From contig NC_043008.1 of the NCBI RefSeq assembly GCF_006345805.1, positions 63,488,001 through 63,552,000 on the forward strand: DNA of 64,000 nucleotides, given 5' to 3'. The first letter of the stretch is position 1. The number at the start of each line of letters is the position of its first letter. The position numbers were made by a program, and so were the translations under genes. Shown here piece by piece: positions 24,413-37,733 of the stretch. The stretch is from Octopus sinensis (taxonomy: Eukaryota). The notes beneath the pieces are model-generated. The model had not been told where the DNA came from. It searched no databases and saw nothing but the letters and a program-made list of their open reading frames with translations.

Positions 24413-24646
24413 CACAGTGATGGCCAAAAGTCAGCTGAGAGTAAATCAAAACCATTTCATTCCAAGATTTATTTATATTTAGCAACAGAATGAATTTAAT
24501 AAAAGCATCTAAATATGAAACTTCATGAAAATTATTCAATCTGTAGTCCTTCATGTAAACATAATTGAAATGAAAAAATAAAACTGAATATTTAGTATTT
24601 ATGGTACTTTTGATTTATTGTGGAGTGACTTTTGGCCAACCCTGTA
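24413..24646. mobile_element. Tc1/mariner-type MITE copy 4
   Basis: cacagtgatggccaaaagtcagc ... gagtgacttttggccaaccctgta. Confidence 0.85.
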
Positions 24647-26574
24647 TATTACACATTTAAATAATAATTACAGGTTTGTTAATATTGTTTTTGTTTCATT
24701 GCTACAACGTACTATACAACATGTTCTTGCTTATTCTACTTTTCTTTTAGTTTTTTTCCCTCATTAAACTGTGGTCATGCTGGAACACCATCTTGAAGGG
24801 TTTGGTTAAAGAAATCTACCCCAGTATTTACATTTTTTAAATCTAGCACTAATTATATCAATATCTTTTGATGAGCTGCTAAGTTACTTAACTAAGTTAC
24901 TCGACATGTTTCAACTGAAAGAACAAATTATTTGATAGTGGAAGCATTTAAATGGAATATTATGGGAAGATTTACATTTTACCTTTTGCCTGTCATAAGT
25001 TTCTATTCTGGTTGACTGCACAACAGACACACCTTTAAAGTCAATAAAAGTAAAATTGAAATGCCAATTTAGAATTTGCATATTGTATAGAGTATATGAG
25101 AACATTTTATAGCAATTATAATATATATGACTGAACACTTCCTTTTCTATACATCGTAAAACTAAAGAAAAACACTGTATAATACAGAGCAGATTGTCTC
25201 AGGAATTTCTTAGCTTAGAATTAGTGGTACATTTTATGTACAAGTGAACATTATAAACTAATAATTTATACAATAGAATTATTCAACTATTGAAGTAAGC
25301 TAAGTATTTCAGGAATTTTAGAGTGCAATGGACTTATGGAACCAGTAAATTACTAAATAAAGCATGCTTCGCTGTATTCCCTTACAATCCTTCACATCCC
25401 AAGTGCAAATAATTCCAGGAACAGACATTGTCTTTCAACATTCTAGGAACAATAAAATAAGAAGCAGTAAATAAAATTAAATATAATTGAACCACTCCAC
25501 CAGAAAATTTGTGATATTGAGCCAATAAATTAAATGATTATAAATATTGTGGATTTTAAGATTTCTTGGCTACTAAAGCTTGTTAATTAATTAGCTCTCT
25601 CTAATGAAATATATTCAAAAATAATCTTAGAATTTCTATGTTCTCTCTGTGGATTTCTGAGCCTAGAAACAGTACGAAGCTAAGCTAAAATTATATTCTA
25701 TATAAATATATTTTTGTATAGAATAAATTTGCTATGCTATTTCAAAAAGATAATCTCATACACCAATAAGCTGCTGGAACAATTTTGGTTAGGATTCTAA
25801 CATTAGCAAATTGGATACATAATTTGAAAGAGTATTCTGAATTTCAAAATTTAATTCATAGCCTTTCATATAGATTGATTACTAAAGAACTGTAGGTATG
25901 ACAGACTTTTAATTAAATACATATCACCCTCTTCTATTGACATTCTGCTAACACTATTCTCCATCTGGGAGACAGAAATCTTCTAAATGAAGACTGATAA
26001 CCTTAAGTTTTAGAATTCCAATAATATAACTCAGTTCTTAATATATTATAGAGAAATACATTATGAATTGATAAATTCTAACTTTACTGAGAGAAATTCA
26101 GTTTCAGCTTCAATAAAGTGATTAATCATATTTATCAACAAAGTAATTAATCATATTTTATAATTATATTAATTATATTTTACTATGTGCTTTACAAAAT
26201 TGTGGCACAGTCCAGTCCAGCTATGGGTTGAACAAGTCTGCCACTGAGTGTGTCACCCTCTGTCTTAATCTTTCATCAGTTCATAAGTGACACAAGCATC
26301 GGAACCCTTAGTCTTACTGTAAACATTAGTCTCTCCCTCATACATCCTCTGCTATTAGTCGCATTATTGGTAGCTTGTGGTTCTTTTTCATCTAGTAATC
26401 TATTTGATATAATCATCAAACAAGAGCTGTCAGAAATATATAGCTGGGGCTCTTTTACATTGAAGGTGCAAAAGTAAAAACATCTTCCCATTGGCTAGAA
26501 TGAAAGTTAACAATGAATCAAATGAGAAAAAGAGGACAATAAGAATTCCAAACCTGAGTTCTTTCAGAGATTAA

Positions 26575-26630
26575 TATACATGTGTGAGTGAGTGTATGTG
26601 TGTGTGTGCGCATGTATAAGTATGCATGTA

Positions 26631-26672
<42 letters not shown>

Positions 26673-26880
26673 ATATAAATATATATATATACATATATAT
26701 ACATATATATACATATATACATATATATACATATATATACACATATATATACATATATATACATATATATATACATATATATATACATATATATATATAT
26801 ACATATATATATACATATATATATACATATATATATATATATACACATATATATATACACATATATATATATATAGGAGT
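26575..26880. repeat. Long compound (TA)n(CA) microsatellite
   Basis: Direct reading; source of the YI-repeat ORFs. Confidence 0.95.
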
Positions 26881-27209
26881 ACCAAGTCAATGTCTTTTAT
26901 TATTGCTGTGTTGTTTGTATTACACTATAGCCTACCCTTGAACAGAGAAGACTTCTGAGTACATGCAATGGTGGAAGTTTAGCGTGATCAACATAAGAGG
27001 AGAAACTTGAAAGGTTTGATTGTCATACAGTGAGTGCATCCAATCATATGTATGTATAAATACACACACAAACACATGCATGCACACACATGCATGCACA
27101 CACACACACACACACACACAAGGGAATAGACATGACTGTGTGTTAACATGTTTGTTTTCCAGCAACCACAGCATTGTGAATGAATTTCAGAGATGGAAAC
27201 TGAAAGAAG

Positions 27210-27243
<34 letters not shown>

Positions 27244-28746
27244 ATGTGTCTGCTTGTATTACCATCTTTTATTAGTTGTTGATGAGTGGCACCATAAAAG
27301 TTGTGTCATTCATTTTCGGTTCTGCATGAAACCATCTCTGACAATAGAAAAATATCACTTTACTTGCAAACATGTGAGCGTTGGCAACAGGAATGAGATC
27401 TCGCCTCAGAATATTTGCCTCTACAAATTCCATCTGACCCATGCCAACATTGAAAAGTGTAAGTTAAAAATATGATGATACATTATATCACCGTCATTGA
27501 TTTCCATTAAGTTTTTTCTTTGCTTATAAGTGTTGACTGAAACTTGTGGAAACAAAATTGTACAGCTGGATGCCCTGTCTCTTGCTAACACTTACTTGTT
27601 TAAGTAAAATAGCCTTATTCTCTTCATAATCATAAGGTTAAAGCACTGATCTCTGGGTGGATTGTTTACAAGAGTTGTGACCATGAAGTCTTCATCACAG
27701 AACTACCAAAAGATGTCATAGAGATGGTGAATCCTTTTTATAACTGTCATGAGAGAAAACAACAGATAGAATATGAAAGAGCACATGGGAAGCATCGCTT
27801 CTCTATCGTGTCAAGTCGTTTCACCTACAGTAGATGTCATCACTGTTGCAGATCAAGAACAAGCCCTGTAGCTCTCATGTAAGCCTGCCAGAGATGATTA
27901 TTGAACAAGAATTGTCATCATTGACTTACGACAGACAACAAAAGAAGAAGAAAAATACCCACACACACGCACACACATTATATATACACACACAAACACA
28001 TGTGCGTGACAGACTTCTGTACAAAATGTAATTGAGATTTCAACATTATTTGCAAAGAAAATCTAACGAGCATTGCAATTTCAATAAGGCTTTAGCTTTA
28101 TATTAATCAAATTTAAATAATTACGAGAAATATTTACAAACTTTAACATATATTGTTTCCTTTCAGACTAACCAAAAACAATAAGTGCTAAAAGATAAAC
28201 AACTTCATTGTTTCAAAATCCATTTAATATATTTGCAGAATTATTTCTTTGAAATATGCAATAAATCTCCTTTTGCATTGTAATTCTTGAATAGCAAGAA
28301 TGTATTATTTTGTCTAAGATTAATCGTCTATATTGTTATTCTATACTGTTATTCTACACACAAATTCAAAAGGTTATATTTTAAAAGTTACGAGATTATA
28401 CATTTACAATTTATTTCTAGAAACAATTATGAATATTGGTAAAAACATATGTCAGAAGGAAATTTGTTAAAGGAGTTTAAATCCCACTGCACATGGTAAC
28501 ACATGTATGCTGAATATCAAATTCTCTTGAATGGATCTATCAAACATTTAGAGGAGAACTTCAAATAGTGGAAGTAAAACATAGAATTGATGAATCCTAA
28601 AGTAAACCCAACAAAGACAAAACTTGTGGTTATCAGGACAGATAGCTACAGACATAAGCATTGCTGTATGATTAAGATAATCGCTTCTTTGCCAAGTGAT
28701 ATTAAGTTCAGTCCCATTGTGTAGCACTATAGATAAGTGACTTCAT

Positions 28747-29133
28747 GTGGAGGCGCAATGGCCCAGTAGTTAGGGCAGCGGACTCGCGGTCATAGGATCG
28801 CGGTTTCGATTCCCAGACCGGGCGTTGTGAGTGTTTATTGAGCGAAAACACCTAAAAGCTCCATGAGGCTCTGGCAGGGGATGGTGGTGATCCCTGCTGT
28901 ACTCTTTCACCACAACTTTCTCTCACTCTTACTTCCTGTTTCTATTGTACCTGTATTTCAAGGGACCGGCCTTGTCACTCTCTGTGTCACGCTGAATATC
29001 CCCGAGAACTACGTTAAGGGTGCACGTGTCTGTGGAGTGCTCAGCCACTTACAAGTTAATTTCACGAGCAGGCTGTTCCGTTGATTTGAATCAATCGGAA
29101 CCCTTATCGTCGTAATCGATGGAGTGCTTCCAC
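28747..29133 (+). mobile_element. Family D tRNA-derived SINE, relatively young copy
   Basis: tRNA-like head with retained CpGs (gcggactcgcggtc..tttcgattcc) followed by a ~300-bp body. Confidence 0.85.
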
Positions 29134-29554
29134 AAGTGACTTCATCTACAGCTTTGAATCAAACAAATGATTTCGAAGGAATGCTGGTAGATGGAAACTG
29201 TGAGAAACCCATTATAAATATGTGAGTACATGTGCATCTATGTGTGTTTTTGTTTTCTTGTCTTGACATCTCGTGATAGTTGTAAGCAAGACTCACCATC
29301 ATAAAAGCGGTGTCATTTACTCCTAATCTTATAAGTAAACATATCTGGGCTTGGAGAAATATTACCTTTGAAACAGGTGAGAGTTGGCAACATGAAGAAC
29401 ATCTCATCACAGAATCTCTGCCATGATGGACTCTGCCTGCTCAATGAAAGCATGGGAAAGAGGACATTAAAATGCCACTGATTACATACATACATACATA
29501 CATAAATACATACATACATACATACATACTTACATACTTACATAATGCTGAAAA

Positions 29555-29764
29555 GTGGATGCTGTGAAGTTCTTGGCTTTAAGGGTATCACAAAAAGCCT
29601 TGATGGAGGCCCAACATTCTGAGTTCTTTTGCATGGCTTAGAAGAACTGAAGAACCACTGCAATAAGTGTGTGAATCTGAGAGGGAAATGTGTTGAATAA
29701 AATTATAATTAATTGATCCTGTATTTTCTTTTACCCAAAGCCAGGAACTTTTAAACATTCCCTC
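29555..29764 (+). mobile_element. mariner-derived MITE retaining the transposase C-terminus
   Basis: TIR-like ends; internal GLEELKNHCNKCVNLRGKCVE* remnant. Confidence 0.75.
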
Positions 29765-29830
29765 ATACATACATACATGCATACATACATACATACATAC
29801 ATACAACATACATACACACACATACACACT

Positions 29831-29864
<34 letters not shown>

Positions 29865-29988
29865 GTTGGAATTTACAAGAAAACAAAAAAACAGGTGTAT
29901 TAGTTTAACACTCGGGAAGGTGAGAAAGTCTTTTACATTTTGAGCCTACACTCTTCAACAGAAAGGAACATGAGAAACATGAGAATAC
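29865..29988 (-). mobile_element. Short microsatellite-embedded element with a CUGUUGA hammerhead-like fold
   Basis: Same family as 39047-39238; minus strand cttt-CTGTTGA-a-gagt gtag gctc-AAAA-tg-TA-aaag. Confidence 0.6.
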
Positions 29989-31371
29989 ATGTGTGAGTGT
30001 GTGTGTGTGTATACATGTGTGTATATATATATATATATATATGTACACATAATATAAATTATTGCTTATTGAATTTTACACTACCATCAAATCAAAGTCG
30101 ATGTGTAAATATATATTAGAAATATAGTAACGGAGGTGCTTAAATTATGGTAGCAGCACTAAAGACTTATATCAAAAGTTTGGTAAGATTGTGTGGTTAA
30201 AGCATTGAAGAAATAATTAAAGCCAAAATGACAAGAAACATTTGTAAATAAATTACAGTAGGTATATTTTCAAGAAAGCATCATGAGAAGCTTAAATAGT
30301 TTGGTTATCTATGAATTTTAAATTGAATTTAAACTTCATCAGAAACAGCATATACATAGGCATGCCAATAAAAAGATGTTTGTCTAATCTTGTGTTGTTA
30401 TTGGATGGAAAAGGAAAAGAAATCAATAATGATGGGTTCGTTTTATATGGTGAGGCATAGCTGGAAGGATTTCAAGGATAAAGAGAATGTCATGCTGTTA
30501 ATCTGTAATGGAATTTTAATGTAATCGAAGATAATTTTGCCAAACAGTGGGGAACATCAACTACTTCAGTCATTCTCCCTTTGTGATTTCTCCATGGTGC
30601 AACTGCATTAAATATTTTGAGGTCCTGTTATAAGTTCTGACCACGAAGACTTTGAACTTCATTTTTGTATCAGTGTGTTTAACATTCTACATAAGCTGGA
30701 AATCAAAAGAGGTATACTTCAAAAGTGATGTGGCATTATAACAGACAAATATCTAAATCTAAATAACGAGGTAATTCTTTCTTATAAATTTCCTGAGAAA
30801 CTGATTGATTTCATGTAGACACATGGCTTTAGAAACTCTTTTATCAACTGATATGAATGTAGTACTATAATAAATGACAAAGCTAAATGGCTGAGAAACC
30901 AAACTATGGTGACTTATAGATGGCTCTTTCAATTAGCTACTTTCCTTCCCTTTTGTATTTAAGGTGTGCCATTTCTGTTTTAAGGCAGTGAAGTATGTGT
31001 TTCTGTTGGCAATACACACTGCACAGTCAAAATTATTTAATAGCTATCCTTAAAATCATTTGCTCTGTATGTGACTGTTTTTTAATTGGATGGATACTAA
31101 GAAAAGGAAGTAGCTTCAGTAGCCTTTAGCTAGTTCATTAAAGAATATTAACCAGTATTGTGTGATATCCTGTGACATAATTATAAAATATAACAGAAAA
31201 TTGTTATAATTTCTTTTATTATTGTATTTGATTTGCACGATTTCTTCATGTGAAATTGTGTGTTGCGATTGATGTACATAAATAGGGTCGTTTTGCTAAT
31301 ACACAACAAGTACCCTGCATCTGTTTCACATTTTACTTATTATTAGTTATAGTATTAACGATGTGGTGTGA

Positions 31372-31830
31372 TGGTACATGCCTTAGTGGTTAGTTCATCA
31401 GGCTCACTAGCATGAGGTAGTGAGTTTGAGTCTTGGATTAGGCTGTGTGTTGAGCTGGACACTTTATTTCACATTGCTCCAGTTCACTCAGCTGTAGAAA
31501 TGTGTTGTGACATCACTGGTGCCAAGCTGTAGCAGCCTTTGCATTTCCCTTGTATAACATCGGTGGCATGGAGAGAGGAGGCTGGCATACATGGGTGACT
31601 GCTGGTCTTCCATAAACAAATTTGACTGTATCTCGGAGGATAACTTTCTCTGTGCAATCTCATGGTTATTCATGACCAAAGGCCCTTTTTTTTAAGGGGT
31701 TCAGCTAGCAGAATTGTTAGCACTCGAAGCAAAATGCCTAGTAGCATTTCATCCACCTTTTCATTCCAAGTTCAAATTTCACCATAGCCATCTTTGTCTT
31801 TCATCCTTTTGAACCTTTCGGGTAACATGT
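31372..31830 (+). mobile_element. Composite SINE: family F body fused to a family C-like unit
   Basis: The same F-polyT-aagggg-C junction recurs at about 33645-33915 (-) and 56698-57163 (+). Confidence 0.75.
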
Positions 31831-31876
31831 TGACAGAATTGTTGACACACCAGACAAAATGCTTAGCAGCATTTTA

Positions 31877-32323
31877 TCTACATCTATAAAACAGTCCTTG
31901 GACGAAAATTGTATGCATATTTTGCTTTGACAGTTAATGGCAGCCAAACCGAGGCTAGGATCGAGCTGAAAATTGGCAGGGATATTAAATGCGTGGTGAG
32001 GATAAGACCCGCGGTGGTTAAAATTAGCAAGCTATAAAGATGTGGTTGCTATGGCAAAAAGAGTGATTTTTTTAATCGATTCTAGGTTTGTGCAATTGGC
32101 TTTTAATGCCCAGCAGCATGCACTGCAGGCTGTTGTGCTTAATAAACATACATTTTGTTGTGAAATTCCGGATACTAGGAAACGATTTTTCATTGAGAAA
32201 AAACGAGAGCTTTTTGCCCTCATTTTCTTTTTAATTTTTTATAAAATTTTCGTTTTTTTCTAAATTCCTCATTTTTAAAATGTGTCCTGAGTAGACCCAA
32301 AAGAAATCAGGTTATAATACTAG
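31877..32323 (+). mobile_element. Non-autonomous Helitron, older copy
   Basis: A|TCTACATCTATAAAACAG start; CpG-decayed subterminal hairpin accc..(a)ggt; CTAG|T end. Confidence 0.55.
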
Positions 32324-33644
32324 TCTATCTATATATATATTTAGATTCAACATACATCTACTACTGAGGCAATACTTAGACACATTATCAGTGATGTATC
32401 CTGAAGTTACAAGTCTTACAACAGAGACCTTCACCCAGGCAACACCACTTAGGTTGATGAAGCTTAGGCCTGCATCCATGTGGTATTCTAGTCTATTTTT
32501 ACATTCTGAGTTCAAATTCCACCAAGGAATTTTGAACTCAAAATGACTCTGCATTTCATCTTTTTGAAGCCAATAAAGTATCAGCAGATTGATGGAGCTG
32601 ATGAAATGGACTTAGCCATTCCCCACAAAATTTGCATCTCTAGAAGAAATGATTATCAAATGTAGTTGTGAGGGGATGAGCTGGTTGAATTGTAAACACA
32701 TTGGACAAAAATGCCTCGTAGCATTCCATCCATCTTCAGAGTCTGAGTTCAAATACCATCAAGGCCAATTTTGCCTTTTCTCATTTCTGGGTTGATAAAA
32801 TAAGAATCAGTTAAACCATGGGTTTGTGCAAAATTTGAAACCCTTTTCACTATTATTATTAGTGAAATAAGGATGTTGGAATGGCAGAACGATTAGACCG
32901 TCAGAAAAACTGCTGTGCAGTTTACATTCTGAGTTCAAATCTTATCAAAGCCAACTTTGCCTTTTATCTTATTAGGGTCAACAAATTAAAGCACCTGTTA
33001 AGTACTGGAGTCTATGTGAGCAAGTAGCTCCACCACTCAAGAATAGCCAGTCTTGTACATAAATCAGAAATAATTATTATTAGTTAATTAATAATTTCTA
33101 TTATTATTAGCTAAGGCAGCAAGCTGGCAGAATCATTAGAGTGTCATACAAAATGTCGAGCCGCATTTCTTTATGTTCTGTGTTCAAATCATGCAGAGGT
33201 CAACATTTTCTTTCTTCATATAAAGGTCAATAAGATAATCAATCAAGCACTGGGGTCGATGCAATCTACTTGACATCTTCACTCAAAAACTGGTGGTTTT
33301 GGGCCAAAATTACAAAGAACAATTAGTTAAACAATTAACTGGTTAACTAACTGCTTGATCAATCATTTGATTAGTATATTTAATCATTGAAATTGTTTTT
33401 CTGAGTTCTTTTGTCACCATTCACAGCTTTATTAATGGAATACCTTCGTTATTCCAGGTTTTCCTCATATTTAACATATGATCAAATTTGCAAAAGAAAT
33501 ACACCATTCAATGAAATACAAAATTAATAATTGAAACAAGAGAGGTGCTACAACTTAGAACCCCCTTCGGTCAAGAATGGCCATGGTATTGCACCAAAAA
33601 GATTCCCTTCCAAGGCACAAGTCCAGGAAAGATTGCTTTATGGA

Positions 33645-33915
33645 AGGCATTTTGCCTAGAGTGCTAACAATTCTGCTTGTTCAACCCCTTAATAAAAAAA
33701 AGGTCTCCTTTGGTCATGAACAACCATGAGATTGCTCAGAGAAAGTTATCCTCCGAGGTACAGTCTGGGAAAATTTGTTTATGGGAGACCAGCAGTCACC
33801 CATGTATGCCAGCCTTCCCCTCTGCATGCCACCAATGTAATCCAAGAGAAAGGCATAGGCCAATACAGTTTGGTACCAACTCATTTCTACAACTGAGCAA
33901 ACTGGGTGCTACAAC
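33645..33915 (-). mobile_element. Composite F+C SINE, partial
   Basis: Reverse-complement match across the F/C junction of 31372-31830. Confidence 0.7.
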
Positions 33916-36029
33916 TTGGCCATAATTTAAATGCATGATTTAAAAGGAAAAATTAGCAATGCACTATGGGTGGAAAAAGTTAAAGGAAAATCTATGGAAA
34001 ATTGTTATGTGTGTATTTGTGTTGAAAATAATGGTGTTAACCAGAAAAATATACTCAGATTTTGTCATTTATTGATAATATCATTTATTGATAATATCAT
34101 ATTTCTTCGATTCTAAAATAGGTACCAGAATCTCACTTAAGATCATGCTTCCTGATGAACTACAAAGAGAGCACTATAGTTTGTAAACAAAGATTATATA
34201 TTTATTAGCATATGATAAACACACAACCTCGTACATATATATAAAGTGTTCCCTAGTACATTTCAGCTGCCCTAGTTAAAAAAATTAATTCTAAATTTCA
34301 AGGAGGTTAAGGTCCATTTTCGTCTGCAGTTTTAAAAAGATTTATGTGAACAAAAACATCTGCACATTATAGAATATGATAATAAGCCGGGAGTGATGAC
34401 GGATACAGTAGCTGTATTATACACACACAATATAATCTAAACAGAAGTGAGTGATGAGGTGAAGAGAATAACCTTTTTCTCTCCGTTTTTTTTTTCTTTT
34501 TTCTTTTATTTTCTGAAAAGATGCTGACACATCTTTCTGACAGTAATGTTTCAGTAAGTATTGAAAATATTTTTCTACACTGTATTGTGTTTTTTGTTTT
34601 GTTTAGTCTTTTTTTTTTTTTTGAAAATAATTCTTCTGAAAGATTTATTTGAAAGCTATCAACCAAACTAAATATTTTCATTGAAGATAGGATATTTTTA
34701 TATCATAATAGTAAGAGGTACTCAATGTTTATTCTTGTTAAGATGAGCTGTGCATACCTTGTCAGTCAAATGGAGAACTGTCAAAACATACTTCTCCTGT
34801 GAATTTCAATATAATACTTGAAAATAAATCTAAAATATTGTTTAAATTTAGAAACAAATGTGTATGAATGATTACTGCATCATTTTCTTTTTTTCTTTTT
34901 TATAGTTGTCCTTGAGGAAAATATTTAATTTATAGTTGCATCAATGTTGTTATTAGTGAATTTATATGCATTATCAATTCTTGCAGATAGTTGTGGCCTC
35001 TGGGTTTAGAAATTTCTGTTCAGAAGTTTTTCATGCTGGATTATGGATTGTATTGCTTTGATAAAATAGTTTGGCAGAATATCTCTAGGAATCAGTGGAT
35101 TTTATATATATGCATAATTCTTAAATAAGAATGCTTTTGACAGTAACTTCAAAGTTTCAGCAAGCTAAGCCATCATCAATGATGGTTTAACTGGCAATAA
35201 CTTTGAAGTCACTGTTCACAACTTTCTTGTTTAAAAATAACACTATGTATCAAATTTTTATTTTCATCTTTAGTGAACAAGTGTTATTTCTTATTTGCTT
35301 CAATCTAGAAATCAATGGAAATGACTACTATTCCCTTCAAACTTTGCTTTTGTGACCTGGATATCAATGTTTTGAAACTGACCTACTTTCCATTACATTT
35401 CATACAGATTCAGTGCTGAGTTGCTGCAGTGGAAATATCGTTATAGCAAATATTCTGCTCAATATCACAGCCTTACTTGTTATTTGCTTGATCTTAACCA
35501 CTTGAGCATGTCCCCTGTGGTAAATAATATAGGCATCTTTGATCACAAACAAGAGTAGTGGGGGTGCATCATAGCCATGAGTTGAGAAGCATTCTCAGGG
35601 GTTTGAATAAATGTAATAAAAGCAAAGTTTGAAGGAAATGTTTTGAGATATTTGTCCTTGGTTGTTTGCTTGTTGAGTTCAAACCAAACCAAAGTCAATT
35701 TTACATTTCTACCATCTATGGTTGATAAAAAAAGTACCAGTGAAGTACAAGCATCACTCTCTCTCTCTCTCCCTCAGAATCAACCAATTTCCAACTAATT
35801 ATTATTATTCAAATGAGGTTCCAGTCAGTTTGTCCTAAGATAAGGTAGATGATGAGAAATAAAATAGAGGTTAGCAAGCTGTGTTACATCAAAACCTAGC
35901 ATTTTCCAACAGAAATCGTTACACTAAATCAAACAGACGCGATGGGCATGGATGCAGTGATACACAGTGCATCACAAAACAGACTAAGTACAGGGAATAT
36001 GTATGAATTAAACACTTGGCTGTTTGTGG

Positions 36030-36244
36030 GAGGTGGTGCTGAAAAGTTCCTGGCTTTGGGTAAAAAAAAATAAAGGAGGCTCAGGTAATTATCATTTTAT
36101 TCAGCATATATTCTTCTCAGATTCACACACTTATTGCAGAGGTCCTTCAGTTTTTCCAAGCCCTGTAAAAGAATTTGGAAGGTTGGGCCTTAAACCAGGC
36201 CTTTTGAGATACCCATAAAGACAAGACCTTTTCAGAAAACCCTC
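36030..36244 (-). mobile_element. mariner-derived MITE (same family as 29555-29764)
   Basis: gaggtggtgctgaaaagttcctggcttt at the left end and aagaccttttcagaaaaccctc at the right; minus strand GLGKTEGPLQ/KCVNLR remnant. Confidence 0.75.
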
Positions 36245-36779
36245 ATCTACAGTTTCTGTGATTCTGTTAGAGTAGATCGCTAAAATAATGATACCTGTTC
36301 TTCAGGTTTAAAAAGGTAAGTTGTTACTGAAATAGAAACAGAATAAAATTGGTCAGAAAAAATATTATACATATACTTTTATAAAACACACATTATCAGA
36401 GACTCTCTTTAACTTACCATTCTAATATTCAAACACAGCAGGAATTTTGTTCATTAGAAAGAATTGCACAAGAACATAGCTCAAAGTTGAGTGAACATGA
36501 TGTTGAATATTTTAAAGAAATACCTAATATATTGTCTTTTGATATCAGTTCATTTAAAATGTATGTACACATGTTGATAATCTTTTGCATAATATTAACA
36601 GCTTGCTTAAGAAATGGGAATAAGAAGAGGGCAGTCAGTTCAGTTTTATAATGGAATACCAAAACATACTAGAATGAGGATTTTGGAAACATAGAGAGCA
36701 AGGAGGACCTAAAAACTTGCCATTTACATTTGTGATACACACACACACACACACACACAAACACATATAAATATACATG

Positions 36780-37362
36780 CAGATTGTGGGGAATAAACTG
36801 TCATCCAAATTACATAAAAAGGAAGATAACACTGACATCTCGTCTTAACAGATATAATTACCAATATTACATAAATATATCTTGAAATATGAAAGAGTAA
36901 ATTTATTCAGTAAAATCATCATTGGCTTCAACCATGGCCTCCAGATGACTTCAGAATCGCCTTCAACTCTTGGAGGGATCATTGTTAATCATGGCTTGGA
37001 TCTCACCAACAAATTCAGGAGTTCTTTTATTATCAGAATGATCATATTGAGTTTTCGAAGCTGCCATACCTTTGTAATCACCATTAGGTTCATCCAACTC
37101 TTTCCAAATCCTCTGCATTGTTCTGAGATTGGTACCCAAACACACGGAAATGTCCGTACTGGAGCTACCGGTGCAAATGCCAAGAAGTACAGCATGCCAT
37201 TTCCAATTTTCTGGCTGAGTGAATTGTGTCATGGTGTTGTTTTACTCACAGACGGTGCCCATCTGACCCTACTTTAATGTGTAGTAGACAAAATCAAAAA
37301 TTAACAATGCATATAACAGAAATTAAAAATATAAAATGGTGGCAATTTACCCATTGCACCCT
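36780..37362 (-). mobile_element. Internally deleted Tc1/mariner-superfamily element (maT/DD37D-like)
   Basis: ORF 36963..37232 (HAVLLGI...LGTNLRTMQRIWKEL...KRTPEFVGEIQAMINNDPSKS) is an HTH-type N-terminus joined to a C-terminal RF.SHLEAMVEANDDFTE* remnant; one clear TIR end cagggtgcaatgggtaaattgccacc, the other degenerate. Confidence 0.7.
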
Positions 37363-37449
37363 GTGTGTGTGTGTTTATTTTCATACACATACACTCACAA
37401 ACATACACACACACACGCACACACACACACACAATTATACATAGACATA

Positions 37450-37639
37450 TTCTTTTAGTCTTTTATTCTTTTACTTGTTCATCAAGAAAAATGACCCCAA
37501 GTCTTATTCTTTGTAAGCCTAGTACTTATTCTATTGGTCTCTTTTGCTGAACCACTAAGTTATGGAGACGTAAACACACCAGGATTGGTTGTCAAGTGAA
37601 GATGGGGGGACAAACACAGACATACAAACATATACACAC

Positions 37640-37733
<94 letters not shown>

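Noticed and set aside
25190-25720. Possible very old long inverted repeat
   Set aside because: Similarity between putative arms cannot be distinguished by eye from AT-rich background
26320-26495. Minus-strand exon candidate PMGRCFYFC...LMFT
   Set aside because: Splice sites are plausible but the peptide is not protein-like and both strands have similar chance ORFs
26518-26958. Long ORFs rich in YI, HT, CV, poly-I/N/D/H (also 8204-8531, 21261-21621, 53978-55395, 60340-60678)
   Set aside because: Translations of microsatellites
36296-36325. 10-nt microexon ttcttcag-GTTTAAAAAG-gtaagt
   Set aside because: Good sites but not a multiple of 3 and unsupported without transcripts
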